Numbered from the stretch's first letter, positions 18,783 through 29,094 are shown. The stretch: DNA of 36,121 nucleotides from Alphaproteobacteria bacterium (GCA_030054135.1 JASGCN010000001.1:170663-206783), one strand, 5' to 3'. The notes: generated from the letters alone by a model not told the origin. Program-made: numbers and translations.

Positions 18783-21092
18783 ATGAGTCTTTTTGAAAGT
18801 TTGTTCGGTTCATATCATAGCCGGTTATTGAAAAAAATACAACCAATAGTAAAAAGCATTAATGCCCTCGCAGATACAATGGCTTCTTTATCTGATAATG
18901 ATATAAAAACATACACAGAAAAATTAAAACACCGCATTGTGCAAGGGGAGAGTTTGGAGGCGCTTCTTCCAGAAGCATTTGCTCTTGTAAGAGAAGTAAG
19001 TACCCGTACATTAGGGCAACGCCATTATGACGTTCAATTAATAGGAGGAATCGCACTTTTTCAAAATACTATTGCCGAAATGCGAACTGGGGAAGGAAAA
19101 ACTCTCGTCGCCACTCTTCCTGCGTATTTACAAGCATTAACAGGTAAAGGAGTGCATATAGTAACTGTTAATGATTATCTTGCGAGAAGAGACGCTGTGT
19201 GGATGGGGCAGATATACAGCGCTCTCGGATTAACCGTAGGAGTTATTAATGACCAACGGGGATCATACCTGTATGACCCAACACACATCGAACTTGACGA
19301 AAAAAGAGATGCGGAGGGAGATTATAAAATAGTATATGAATTTTTACGCCCCTGCAGTAGAGCAGAGGCGTACGCTGCTGATATTACATACGGCACAAAC
19401 AATGAATACGCTTTTGATTATTTGCGAGATAATATTGAATACAATAAGGGGTCAGTATCACAACGAGGACATGTGTATGCAATTATAGACGAAGTAGACT
19501 CAATTCTTATTGATGAAGCCCGCAATCCACTTATTATCTCATCTCCTTCTGATATCCCAAAAGAAAAATATATTGAATTTGATCAAATAGCATCTCGTTT
19601 AGAAATAGGGGTCGATTATTCAATTGACGAAAAATTAAAAGCGGTAAGCATCCTTCCACCAGGAATTGCCAAAGTAGAAAAAGCGCTTTCTGTACAAAAT
19701 CTTTATTCAGACGGAAATCAAAAAAATATCCATTTTTTAACTAATGCATTAAAAGCTCATGCACTGTATAAAAAAGATAATCAATATGTTGTACACGATG
19801 GAAAAATAGTAATAGTAGACGAATTTACCGGAAGATTGCAACCTGGAAGACAGTGGAGAGAGGGGTTACATCAAGCACTTGAAGCAAAAGAGCGTATAGC
19901 AATTCAAGCTGAAACACGAACGTATGCAAGCATCACATTTCAAAATTATTTTAGAATGTATGAAAAATTAGCAGGTATGACAGGAACTGGGATCAGTTCG
20001 CAGGAAGAGTTTTACAAGGTGTATAAATTGCAAGTATTTTCTGTTCCTACACACAGACCAATTACAAGAATTGATCATGTTGATATTATTTATCAATCAA
20101 AAAAAGCGAAACACGTAGCCATTGTTGCAAAAGTAAAAGAATTACAATCAAAAGGAACTCCAGTACTTGTTGGTACAAACTCAATTGAAGCAAATACAGA
20201 AATTTCAGCAATTTTTAATAAAGCAGGTATTCAACATACTGTTCTTAATGCAAAAAATCACGAACAAGAAGGAGCAATCATTGCGCAAGCTGGATCGTAC
20301 AAAAAAGTAACCATCGCTACAAACTTAGCGGGTCGTGGAGTGGATATAAAATTAGGAGGACATGATGCAGATGATGAAGCTCGTAAAAAAATTATTGATG
20401 TTGGAGGGTTATTTGTATTAGGCACTGTGCGCAACGAAACTAGAAGATCAGATGACCAATTGCGAGGGCGAGCAGGAAGACAAGGAGATGCAGGAGAAAC
20501 ACAATTTTTTATTTCTCTCGAAGATGAATTGGTACGCATTTTTGCGACAGATAAAATTGCAAATCTAGCTCGTTCACTTGGTCTTCCAGAAGACCAAGCA
20601 ATTCAGAGTAGTATTATTTCACAAGCAATTGAATCAGCCCAAAAAAGAATTGAAGGGCACCACTTTGACGCGCGTCGATATAATTTTGAATACGATACTG
20701 TTCTAAACGCGCACAGAACTGATGTGTATAAGAAAAGAAAAAATATGTTGTATACCGACGGTACGGGTATTGCTTCTGTTGCAATGACATTACTTTCACC
20801 TGAAACAGTAATCCTTATGAATGAAAAAATAGAAAAAGGTGGTGCAGGTCTTTGGGAACCAGTGCGACAAGCAGTGTTACGTGCAATTGATGTGTGCTGG
20901 ATTGGACACTTGGAGTATATGGAAATAGCACGAGAAAGTGTGAACTTACGCGCGTATGGTCAACGAGATCCTCTAACAGAATATAAACATGAAGGGTCAA
21001 GATTGTTCAAAGGATTTTGGGAACAAGTAGATATTGTGAGCAAAGAACATATCAAAGCAATCCCTATTTCTCTTACGGGGGGACAAAAGTAA
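18783..21092 (+). CDS. secA: Preprotein translocase ATPase SecA, compact
   Basis: EMRTGEGKT, VTVNDYLA, DEVDSILIDEAR, GMTGT, ATNLAGRGVDI, QLRGRAGRQGD, YGQRDPL.EY. Confidence 0.97.
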   Translation: MSLFESLFGSYHSRLLKKIQPIVKSINALADTMASLSDNDIKTYTEKLKHRIVQGESLEALLPEAFALVREVSTRTLGQRHYDVQLIGGIALFQNTIAEMRTGEGKTLVATLPAYLQALTGKGVHIVTVNDYLARRDAVWMGQIYSALGLTVGVINDQRGSYLYDPTHIELDEKRDAEGDYKIVYEFLRPCSRAEAYAADITYGTNNEYAFDYLRDNIEYNKGSVSQRGHVYAIIDEVDSILIDEARNPLIISSPSDIPKEKYIEFDQIASRLEIGVDYSIDEKLKAVSILPPGIAKVEKALSVQNLYSDGNQKNIHFLTNALKAHALYKKDNQYVVHDGKIVIVDEFTGRLQPGRQWREGLHQALEAKERIAIQAETRTYASITFQNYFRMYEKLAGMTGTGISSQEEFYKVYKLQVFSVPTHRPITRIDHVDIIYQSKKAKHVAIVAKVKELQSKGTPVLVGTNSIEANTEISAIFNKAGIQHTVLNAKNHEQEGAIIAQAGSYKKVTIATNLAGRGVDIKLGGHDADDEARKKIIDVGGLFVLGTVRNETRRSDDQLRGRAGRQGDAGETQFFISLEDELVRIFATDKIANLARSLGLPEDQAIQSSIISQAIESAQKRIEGHHFDARRYNFEYDTVLNAHRTDVYKKRKNMLYTDGTGIASVAMTLLSPETVILMNEKIEKGGAGLWEPVRQAVLRAIDVCWIGHLEYMEIARESVNLRAYGQRDPLTEYKHEGSRLFKGFWEQVDIVSKEHIKAIPISLTGGQK

Positions 21093-21120
21093 ATGTTCTT
21101 ATTGCGTGCTACCATTAAGT

Positions 21121-21456
21121 ATGATTGCTTTTTTGTTAAGATTTGCATTGTACAGTATCGCTCTCTTCATTGTGTACCGATTGGGGTTTTTTCAATTTTC
21201 TGATATGGCAATTGCATTAAAACATATCATTCCAGCGGGCTTGTTGTTGGTACTATTAGATGCATTTGTTCTTGGAATCATTAAAAGCATTACTGTAGTG
21301 ATAAATATTATTACATTTGGCTTTCTTTTTTTGATAATAGACATTGTATCGGTCTACGCTGTAATAACATTTTTAGGGTTTCCAATATTGTATTCTTGGA
21401 TAGTAATTCCAGCTATAGGTATTTTTTATAAAATAGTACAGAATATGCTTAAGTAA
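21121..21456 (+). CDS. 4-TM membrane protein, YvlD/DUF360 ('phage holin family')-like
   Basis: FLLRF...LLDAFV..IIK.IT..INIITFG.L.LII pattern; ATG 5 nt after TGcTACCAT. Confidence 0.6.
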   Translation: MIAFLLRFALYSIALFIVYRLGFFQFSDMAIALKHIIPAGLLLVLLDAFVLGIIKSITVVINIITFGFLFLIIDIVSVYAVITFLGFPILYSWIVIPAIGIFYKIVQNMLK

Positions 21457-21457
21457 T

Positions 21458-21838
21458 ATGAAACGACTATATATACCAACAGGGCACGAAGGGTCAAAAG
21501 AAGCAATTGTTCGTAAAGGGCTTACTATACTTTCGATTTCAGTAGTCCTCTATTATACAAAAGTAATTGACATTACTCCGATAACAATTTCTGGAGTATG
21601 GGCATACCTCGGGTGGATGCTTTTTATTTTTTTTATTATTGACATCCCGCTTGATTTTATTGTTAAAAAATTTATAAAAGACAGTAGTGCTTTATTACTT
21701 TCTGGTATTACAATACTCGTGTATGGGTTAGGGATTTATCTCTATGCGTTATGGAGCACTTCTTTTTTTCTTACTGTGCATTCAGCATGGGCGCTAGGGG
21801 TTGGGGTGTTGTTTACCCTTGTTCGTATTTTAATTTAA
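21458..21838 (+). CDS. 4-TM hypothetical membrane protein
   Basis: 126-aa hydrophobic ORF tightly packed between neighbours. Confidence 0.65.
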   Translation: MKRLYIPTGHEGSKEAIVRKGLTILSISVVLYYTKVIDITPITISGVWAYLGWMLFIFFIIDIPLDFIVKKFIKDSSALLLSGITILVYGLGIYLYALWSTSFFLTVHSAWALGVGVLFTLVRILI

Positions 21839-21842
21839 TACT

Positions 21843-22808
21843 ATGTTTATAGACGAACGATTGATACAAGTGAAAGGAGGAAGTGGTGGGGATGGAATTG
21901 TTCATTGGAGAAGAGCACTGTATGAAGCAAAAGGAGGTCCAGATGGAGGCAATGGCGGAAAAGGAGGAGATGTGTATATGGAAGCAGTTCGAAACATTGG
22001 GCTTCTTGCGCAATATCAACACTTGCAATTATTTGCAGCAGAAAATGGAAATGTTGGTGAAGGCAGAAATAGAGAAGGAAAAAGTGGAGATGATATTGTG
22101 GTGCAAGTACCAATTGGTGCAATTGTTACAAATATGGAAACAAGAGAAGTATTTGAGTTTGTTTCTGAAAATGAAAAAATATTAGTTGCTGTTGGGGGAG
22201 AAGGTGGGCTAGGGAATACTCATTTTAAAAGTTCACGAAATACCACACCGTATGAATTTACAAGAGGTGGTAGGCCCCAAGCATACACATTAAAAATTGA
22301 TTTACAACTTATTGCTGATGTAGGAATTATTGGGCTTCCAAATGCAGGGAAATCAACAATGCTTAATACTCTTACCAACGCCCATGCACGCATCGGAGAG
22401 TATCCATTCACCACCATTGAACCAAATTTAGGTTCATTTCATGGGTATATTCTAGCAGATCTTCCGGGGCTTATTGAGGGAGCATCTGTCGGGAAAGGAC
22501 TTGGATATAGATTTCTTAAGCATATTGCACGAACAAAAAAACTATTACATCTTATTTCTCTTGAAAATGATGTTGTGGATGCATACAAGATAGTTCGAAA
22601 AGAGCTAAAAAACTCTCATCATGAATTAGAAAATAAAAAAGAGATTATAGTACTTACCAAAACTGACACAGTGTCAGGAGAAAACATTGAAACTGCCCGA
22701 ATTCGTTTGCGTAAAATTACCAACAATGAAATATTGTTTTTCTCTGCGATAGACGATGAATTAGTAAAACAATTTACAGAAGAATTTTCTCATTTACTAC
22801 AACAATAG
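21843..22808 (+). CDS. obg: GTPase Obg/CgtA
   Basis: Gly-rich Obg fold GGPDGGNGGKGG, GLPNAGKS, YPFTT, DLPG, TKTD. Confidence 0.96.
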   Translation: MFIDERLIQVKGGSGGDGIVHWRRALYEAKGGPDGGNGGKGGDVYMEAVRNIGLLAQYQHLQLFAAENGNVGEGRNREGKSGDDIVVQVPIGAIVTNMETREVFEFVSENEKILVAVGGEGGLGNTHFKSSRNTTPYEFTRGGRPQAYTLKIDLQLIADVGIIGLPNAGKSTMLNTLTNAHARIGEYPFTTIEPNLGSFHGYILADLPGLIEGASVGKGLGYRFLKHIARTKKLLHLISLENDVVDAYKIVRKELKNSHHELENKKEIIVLTKTDTVSGENIETARIRLRKITNNEILFFSAIDDELVKQFTEEFSHLLQQ

Positions 22809-22855
22809 AAACATGTTATTTTTTGCCACTATGGTGTTGGGGTATACTAGGGTGT

Positions 22856-23746
22856 ATGGAACATTTGACAGACATTGAGATAAAAGAAATAGAAACCTTC
22901 GCTCTTTCGATACGTATTTCAATTATAGAAATGCTTATTGCTGCGGGAAGTGGGCACACTGCAGGCCCCCTCGGCATGGCAGATATTTTTGCAACACTAT
23001 ATCACAAAGTATTAGTGCATAATCCACACGATCCTCATTGGAATAAGCGCGACAGAGTAATACTCTCTAATGGACACATTTGCCCTGTGTTATATGCGAC
23101 TATGGCACATAATGAATATTTTCCTGTGGAAGAACTTCTTTCACTTCGTAAATTTAAATCTCGCTTACAAGGACATCCACATCGAGAATATCTCTCAGGT
23201 ATTGAAACAAGTTCAGGCCCATTAGGAAGTGGGCTTTCTCAAGCACTTGGTATGGCTCTTGCTGAGCGAATGGATGATCCATATACTCAAAAATATTTTT
23301 ATTGTTTTATGGGAGACGGGGAGTTAAATGAAGGACAAGTGTGGGAAGCTCTTATGCATGCAGGAAAAGAAGCAATGAGAAATCTTATTGTAGTGATAGA
23401 TAGAAATAATATTCAAATTGATGGATTTGTAAATGATGTAATGCCTATAGAACCATTGCGTCAAAAGTTTGAATCATTTCATTGGCATGTCATTGAGTGT
23501 GATGGACATAATATTTCTCACATACACCAAGCATTCGGAGAAGCAAAATCTTCCGCACTTCCATCTATCATTATTGCACACACTATTCCTGGGAAAGGAG
23601 TACACGCATTTGAATATGATTATCGATGGCATGGAAATCCACCAGGCAAAGGGCCTGAAAATTTTTGGAAAAAACAGGACCAAGCCAAAAATGCACTCAA
23701 TGAATTAAGATCATTAGGGGGGCGACTTAATGATATGACACGATAA
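22856..23746 (+). CDS. Transketolase, N-terminal (TPP-binding) subunit
   Basis: SGH.AG, DRVILSNGH, LQGHP, GPLG.GL, GDGE..EG..WEA, DRNNIQIDG, GKG, WHG. Confidence 0.95.
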   Translation: MEHLTDIEIKEIETFALSIRISIIEMLIAAGSGHTAGPLGMADIFATLYHKVLVHNPHDPHWNKRDRVILSNGHICPVLYATMAHNEYFPVEELLSLRKFKSRLQGHPHREYLSGIETSSGPLGSGLSQALGMALAERMDDPYTQKYFYCFMGDGELNEGQVWEALMHAGKEAMRNLIVVIDRNNIQIDGFVNDVMPIEPLRQKFESFHWHVIECDGHNISHIHQAFGEAKSSALPSIIIAHTIPGKGVHAFEYDYRWHGNPPGKGPENFWKKQDQAKNALNELRSLGGRLNDMTR

Positions 23747-23747
23747 T

Positions 23748-24752
23748 ATGATTAATCCAAATTTATTTCTAGTGTATGATTTTTCAACGCAAAAAAAATT
23801 GAGCCCCATTCGAAAGGGCTTTGGTATGGGTCTTGTTGAAGCTGGTAAAAAAAATGAAGATGTGGTGGCCCTGTGCTGCGATCTCACTGAGTCGACGCAA
23901 ATGCATCTTTTTAAAGATACCTTTCCAAAAAGATTTATCGAAGTAGGAATCGCAGAACAATCAATGGCTTCTGTTGCAAGTGGTATGGCGGCTATGGGTA
24001 AAATTCCATTTTTTTCATCATATGCCATGTTTTCTCCCGGAAGAAATTGGGAACAAATTCGTACTACTATTTGTTATAACAATTCAAATTGTAAAATAGT
24101 TGGATCTCACGCTGGGGTAAGTGTTGGGCCTGACGGCGGAACACATCAAGCAATTGAAGATATTGCAATTGTTCGTGTGATTCCACGAATGACAGTTGTT
24201 GTGCCATGTGACGCAGAACAAGCAAGAAAAGCAACACTCGCACTCGCAGAAATGACAGGCCCGGCATATATTCGTTTACAACGAGAAGACACTCCTTTGA
24301 TTACTTCTTCTGAAACTCCATTTGAAATAGGAAAAGTTCAAGTGTTGTTTGATACTGGGAAATCCACTAAACACATCTATGATGTATTGATCTCTGTGTG
24401 CGGTGGAGTAACTGCACAAGCCCTCGACGCAGCACATGCTCTCGCTCAAGACGGATATGCAATTCGTGTTGTTAATGTGCATACCATTAAACCGCTCGAT
24501 ACTATGTTAGTGCAGTTTGCAAAAGAATCTACCTCTGTAGTAACTATAGAAGAACACCAACGCATTGGAGGGTTGGGGGGTGCGGTTGCAGAACTTATTT
24601 CAGAGCATGCTCCTAAAAAAGTATTGCGTATTGGAATTAATGATGAGTTTGGACAATCAGGAACACCAAATGAGTTATTAAAACATTACAAACTTGATGC
24701 TGAAAGTATTGCTGTAAGTATTCGTGCTATGCTAAAAGAATATGACAATTGA
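23748..24752 (+). CDS. Transketolase, C-terminal subunit
   Basis: GIAEQ, EQIR, GPDGGTHQAIED, GPAYIR, TIKPLD, EEHQ.IGGLG. Confidence 0.95.
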   Translation: MINPNLFLVYDFSTQKKLSPIRKGFGMGLVEAGKKNEDVVALCCDLTESTQMHLFKDTFPKRFIEVGIAEQSMASVASGMAAMGKIPFFSSYAMFSPGRNWEQIRTTICYNNSNCKIVGSHAGVSVGPDGGTHQAIEDIAIVRVIPRMTVVVPCDAEQARKATLALAEMTGPAYIRLQREDTPLITSSETPFEIGKVQVLFDTGKSTKHIYDVLISVCGGVTAQALDAAHALAQDGYAIRVVNVHTIKPLDTMLVQFAKESTSVVTIEEHQRIGGLGGAVAELISEHAPKKVLRIGINDEFGQSGTPNELLKHYKLDAESIAVSIRAMLKEYDN

Positions 24753-25395
24753 TTTTTCCATCTTTGATTTTTTTTTACAAATTTACAACTTTTTTGCAAT
24801 GGGTCCTGAACAAGTGTTGCAACATATTGCAGGATTAAATCCTTTAATCATTGCAATAGTATTGGCACTATTCGGAGAAATTGGTATGCACGTAGGGGGT
24901 ATTTTTTTTGCAAAATATGATCTCTCTGTTGTAGTTTTGTTGAGTGTGGTTATTTTTTTTGGGTATGTGTATGATTTGTTTGTGTTTGTTTTAATTCGTT
25001 ACATTCTTAAGAAAAGTAAATTTGTGCATGACCATATCGATGAACATAGAGTGATTAATCAGTTGCAAGATTTTTTTAAAAAGAAAATAAACTCTGGGTT
25101 TTTGTATGAAATCTTTTTTTTAGTAATAATGAAAGTTATCCCGGGGAGCAGGCTTTTGTTTGTTGTGTATCCACTGGTGTCCTCAATAACACTTAGACAT
25201 TTTACAGTGTTAAATCTTTTTGCAACAGTTATAACATCTGGGTCATTTGTTCTTTCAGGATACATTATAGGGAAAGGATTGATAGAGTACACATCATTTT
25301 CATCATCAGTGTTTTTATATATGTTGGTATTGGTAGTGGTGGTTGCTTTTATCGTTCCAGGGTTCATTTTGAAATATATACAAAAGAAATCTTAA
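24742..25395 (+). CDS. DedA/VTT-family membrane protein
   Basis: GE..., G..YD...F, KVIPGSR (cf. RFIPG.R), F..LN. Confidence 0.7.
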   Translation: MTIDFSIFDFFLQIYNFFAMGPEQVLQHIAGLNPLIIAIVLALFGEIGMHVGGIFFAKYDLSVVVLLSVVIFFGYVYDLFVFVLIRYILKKSKFVHDHIDEHRVINQLQDFFKKKINSGFLYEIFFLVIMKVIPGSRLLFVVYPLVSSITLRHFTVLNLFATVITSGSFVLSGYIIGKGLIEYTSFSSSVFLYMLVLVVVVAFIVPGFILKYIQKKS

Positions 25396-26411
25396 ATTTT
25401 TTTGACAGTATACGAATGCGGTCGAGTAGCTAAATATTTTTCAAGACTATGCATAGTGAGAAGATTGGTTTGTGCGCCAATTGCTTGTACCACCGCCATA
25501 GAATTAATCGGAGCGCGGAGCAGTGCGTCTTCTGGAGAATATCCAAGAGCAAGCATACTAGTAAAAGTCGATGCGAATGCATCTCCGGCCCCAGTTCGTT
25601 GTGTTGGTGGAGCGATGTCTGGATATATAGGACAGAAATAATTCTGATTATTATATCGCATGTATGATCCTTTAGGCCCATCGGTGATACAAATAATACC
25701 GTTAGGGGATAATGCTTGCATAGTAGCAAGGAGGGTATGAATTGATCTTATATTTTGTTTTGTAATAAGTTGAGCTTCTTCAACATTACATATGCATATC
25801 CCTGCGCGCGCGTATATTCTCTTGAGTCGCTCTACTCCTGCACTCATTTGAAATGTTCCAGGTTGAAATACAAGTACAGTGTGTGGTGCCTGTTCTAGCC
25901 AATCAGCGATATCATCATGCAATGTTTCAGCATACTTACCAAGAGAGGAAAGATATAAATATTTTACAGATAAGTTTTTTGGGAGGGAAATAGTATATGT
26001 TTCGTGCTTCACAAGTATTGTGCGCTCTGCGTTTTTTGTAAGCACATAATGTACATTTGTTTTTCCATTTTTTTGTCTTTGTATATGTATATCATCCACA
26101 CCGTTCTTTTTTAATTGGGCAACGCACATATCTCCTAATGTGTCATCTCCCACGACAGTTAAAAAAGCAGAACTAAGGCCTAATCGTGCAGCTGCTACTG
26201 ATGCGTTAGCTGAATTTCCGACTCCATATACAGTGGTATCTTTTTTAAATGGGATTTTACTACCCCAAGGAATATGTAGCGTCTCTTTTTTTTCTCCAAA
26301 TAGATTAAAAATGCTTTTCGTTGAGTGTATTTCTCCTGCTTCAAGCTCTATGAAGATATCCACCGCGGTGTCTCCAATCCCAATAAAATCATATTTTTTA
26401 AATTCTTCCAT
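25392..26411 (-). CDS. PfkB-family carbohydrate kinase
   Basis: GNSANAS..AARLG, VGDD.LG, NVEEA, ITDGPKG, RTGAGDAF. Confidence 0.92.
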   Translation of the reverse strand: MEEFKKYDFIGIGDTAVDIFIELEAGEIHSTKSIFNLFGEKKETLHIPWGSKIPFKKDTTVYGVGNSANASVAAARLGLSSAFLTVVGDDTLGDMCVAQLKKNGVDDIHIQRQKNGKTNVHYVLTKNAERTILVKHETYTISLPKNLSVKYLYLSSLGKYAETLHDDIADWLEQAPHTVLVFQPGTFQMSAGVERLKRIYARAGICICNVEEAQLITKQNIRSIHTLLATMQALSPNGIICITDGPKGSYMRYNNQNYFCPIYPDIAPPTQRTGAGDAFASTFTSMLALGYSPEDALLRAPINSMAVVQAIGAQTNLLTMHSLEKYLATRPHSYTVKKI

Positions 26412-26475
26412 ATTTCTATTATGGCACAGACATCTCTGTATCTTTTTATTCTTTCAATTTGATATACTATTGAGT

Positions 26476-28236
26476 ATGATCCAATCTCCAACAGCTCTTC
26501 ATGAGCGTAGGCACTCACTCGCACACCTACTGGCAGCAGCAGTTCTTGAACTTTACCCAGACGCAGAACACAGCATAGGACCTGCTATAGATGATGGGTT
26601 TTATTATGATATTCTTTTTAAAACACCAATTACGAATGTTGATTTACCACACATAGAAAAACGAATGAAAGAAATTCTTTCAACATGGAAAACCCCAACA
26701 CTTCAGGAAATATCCTCCGAACAAGCAAAAAAAATGTATGAAAATAATCAATTCAAAGCAGAACTCATACATGATATCATTTCTCGTGGAGAAAAAATAA
26801 CAACAGTAACATTTGGTAATTTTACTGATCTTTGTGAGGGGGGGCATGTAGCAGATATTTCTATTGTAGATCCAGAATCTTTTTGTTTGACAACAACTGC
26901 AGGAGCATATTGGCGGGGAGATGAAAACTTACAGCAGCTTACTCGTATATATGGGTATGCATTTAATACAAAAGAAGAACTTACTCAATATATTACTCAA
27001 AAAGAGGAAGCAAAAAAAAGAGACCACCGAATTATAGGAAAACAATTAGGACTTTTCTTTTTTTCTGATTTAGTCGGGCCAGGACTTCCACTGTGGACTC
27101 CTAAAGGAACTCTTCTCCGTCACACACTTGATAATTATGTGTGGCAATTAAGAAAAAAAGCTGGGTTTGAGCGAGTGTCAGTACCACACCTCACAAAAAC
27201 AAATTTGTATAAAAAATCTGGACATTGGGATAAATACGCAGAAGATTTATTTAAAGTACATACACGTGATGATAAGGTGTATTGTATTAAACCAATGAAC
27301 TGTCCACACCACACACAAATTTTTTCTTCAGAGTTGAGAAGTTATCGTGATTTACCACAACGATATGCAGAAACCACTATGGTCTATCGAGATGAACAGT
27401 CGGGAGAGCTTGCAGGACTTACTCGTGTACTTTCAATCACGCAAGATGATGCACATATTTTTTGTCGTGAGAAGCAATTATCAGAAGAAGTAAACACTAC
27501 CATAGCATTGATTCAAGAGTTTTACACTACACTTGGGTTTACTTCTCTTACACCTAGATTTTCTCGTAGAGACATGGGTACACCTGAAAAGTATTTGGGT
27601 TCTCCAGAAGATTGGGATAAAGGAGAAAATGTTATACGCACTATACTTGATCGCGATTGGAATGGAATATGGGTTGATGGAGAAGGAGAAGCAGCATTTT
27701 ATGGCGCAAAAATTGACTTTTTAGCAATGGATGCATTGGGGCGTAAACATCAAGTAGCGACAATACAAATTGATTTTGTACAACCAAAAAATCTTGAATG
27801 TACGTATATCAATGAAGAAGGCAAAAAAGAGAATGTGGTTATGATCCATTGTGCAATTATGGGCTCCATTGAAAGATTTATAGCAACCTACCTTGAACAC
27901 ACTGGGGGGCGTATGCCTTTTTGGCTTGCTCCAGAGCAGCTACGTGTACTTACAATTGGAGACATTGGGGAGTATAAAAACTCAATTGAAAATATTTTAA
28001 CAAAAATAATTTTTGAAAAACCACTCACGCACAATATACTGCGATACAGCATTGATGCGACCAAAGAAAGTGTCGGTAAAAAAATTCATAATGCTCAAAC
28101 CGAACACATTCCAATGTTGCTTATTGTGGGTGGGAAAGATGCAGCGGCAGGCACAATCACAATTCAGTATGAAGATAAAAAAGAGGTAATAGAACTCAAG
28201 GCACTTGAATTGTATCTTTCCTCCATCACAGTATAA
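26476..28236 (+). CDS. thrS: Threonine-tRNA ligase (586 aa, no TGS domain)
   Basis: RHSLAHLL, GFYYD, DLCEGGH, GAYWRGD, RDHR, KPMNCPHH, YRDEQSGEL.GLTRV, QDDAH; true start at 26476. Confidence 0.96.
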   Translation: MIQSPTALHERRHSLAHLLAAAVLELYPDAEHSIGPAIDDGFYYDILFKTPITNVDLPHIEKRMKEILSTWKTPTLQEISSEQAKKMYENNQFKAELIHDIISRGEKITTVTFGNFTDLCEGGHVADISIVDPESFCLTTTAGAYWRGDENLQQLTRIYGYAFNTKEELTQYITQKEEAKKRDHRIIGKQLGLFFFSDLVGPGLPLWTPKGTLLRHTLDNYVWQLRKKAGFERVSVPHLTKTNLYKKSGHWDKYAEDLFKVHTRDDKVYCIKPMNCPHHTQIFSSELRSYRDLPQRYAETTMVYRDEQSGELAGLTRVLSITQDDAHIFCREKQLSEEVNTTIALIQEFYTTLGFTSLTPRFSRRDMGTPEKYLGSPEDWDKGENVIRTILDRDWNGIWVDGEGEAAFYGAKIDFLAMDALGRKHQVATIQIDFVQPKNLECTYINEEGKKENVVMIHCAIMGSIERFIATYLEHTGGRMPFWLAPEQLRVLTIGDIGEYKNSIENILTKIIFEKPLTHNILRYSIDATKESVGKKIHNAQTEHIPMLLIVGGKDAAAGTITIQYEDKKEVIELKALELYLSSITV

Positions 28237-28249
28237 AGAAACCACAAAA

Positions 28250-28282
28250 CAAAAAACGTCGGGCGGTGCCCGACGTTTTTTG
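28250..28282. terminator. Bidirectional intrinsic terminator between thrS and the DUF378 gene
   Basis: CAAAAAACGTCGGGC-ggt-GCCCGACGTTTTTTG. Confidence 0.9.
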
Positions 28283-28299
28283 CTGTAGTACTGAAAAAA

Positions 28300-28503
28300 T
28301 TATTTAATTTTTTTGAAGTTTACTACATATACAACTCCCGCTATACCTACTACTAGGTATACGATATTTGCAATTGTTGAAGACGACCCAAGAAGAGCAT
28401 CAACAACATTTAATGAGTTTCCTGAAAAGTGTCCAACTGCCACAAGACCCCAGTTAAGAGCTCCGATGATAGTCAACACTTTCACTGCCATATTCATATT
28501 CAT
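28300..28503 (-). CDS. DUF378-family small membrane protein
   Basis: LTIIGALNWGLV...NVV..LLG...IVYLVVGIAG; start at MNMNMAV. Confidence 0.85.
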   Translation of the reverse strand: MNMNMAVKVLTIIGALNWGLVAVGHFSGNSLNVVDALLGSSSTIANIVYLVVGIAGVVYVVNFKKIK

Positions 28504-28531
28504 AATATAAAATAAAATTTTATTTTTTATA

Positions 28532-28563
28532 ATGTACTGGTTTCCCAGTACATATATAGTATA
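28532..28563 (-). promoter_or_regulatory. -10 box plus 5'-terminal GAAA-tetraloop hairpin of the DUF378 gene
   Basis: Minus strand: TATACT-atat-ATGTACTGG-GAAA-CCAGTACAT, then a 28-nt all-A/T leader. Confidence 0.6.
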
Positions 28564-28565
28564 AC

Positions 28566-29027
28566 TCATTTTTTACTTTTGTATAATATAATACCCACTG
28601 CCACCGCTACATTAAGTGATTCCTTTTTTCCAAACATAGGAATTGCAATATGTTTTTTTACTTGCAATAAAGTTTCCGGAGAGACTCCATCTACTTCGTT
28701 TCCAAAAATAAATGCAGTGGGAATTGAGTAATTGTACTCAGTGTATGGAATGGCAGTTACACTCAGTTCAACACATACTGGAGTATGCGTGTGTGCGCAT
28801 GCACGAAGGGCGTCTGTAGTGGTGGGTGTATATTTCCAATCAACTATTTTCTCTGCTCCGAGAGAAGCTTTATTAATTTTTTGTACTTCTCGCCCAAACC
28901 TGTCTATGGGGGTAGGGGTAGTCCCCACACAGAATATTTTTTCAATGCCAACTGCTTCACAAGTGCGAAGTATACTCCCAACATTTTCCATGCTACGAAT
29001 ATTTTCACATATTAATATATGTTTCAT
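28566..29027 (-). CDS. SpoU/TrmH-family RNA 2'-O-methyltransferase
   Basis: ENIRS.ENVGSILRT, KASLGAE, FGNEVDG, IPMFG.KESLNVAVA. Confidence 0.9.
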   Translation of the reverse strand: MKHILICENIRSMENVGSILRTCEAVGIEKIFCVGTTPTPIDRFGREVQKINKASLGAEKIVDWKYTPTTTDALRACAHTHTPVCVELSVTAIPYTEYNYSIPTAFIFGNEVDGVSPETLLQVKKHIAIPMFGKKESLNVAVAVGIILYKSKK

Positions 29028-29094
29028 ACCCAAGCATAGCGTGTTTCAAAAATTAATACTACCAATGTAACAATAACAATGTCATAATACAGAT

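Noticed and set aside
21121-21838. Prophage lysis cassette
   Set aside because: No endolysin, integrase or virion genes; YvlD-like proteins are common chromosomal genes
22856-24752. Split transketolase as a pseudogene or frameshift
   Set aside because: Two-subunit transketolases are well known and both halves are intact
26140-26475. 112-aa N-terminal extension of ThrRS in the ORF track
   Set aside because: Mostly the antisense of pfkB; ThrRS similarity and a -10 box both point to ATG 26476
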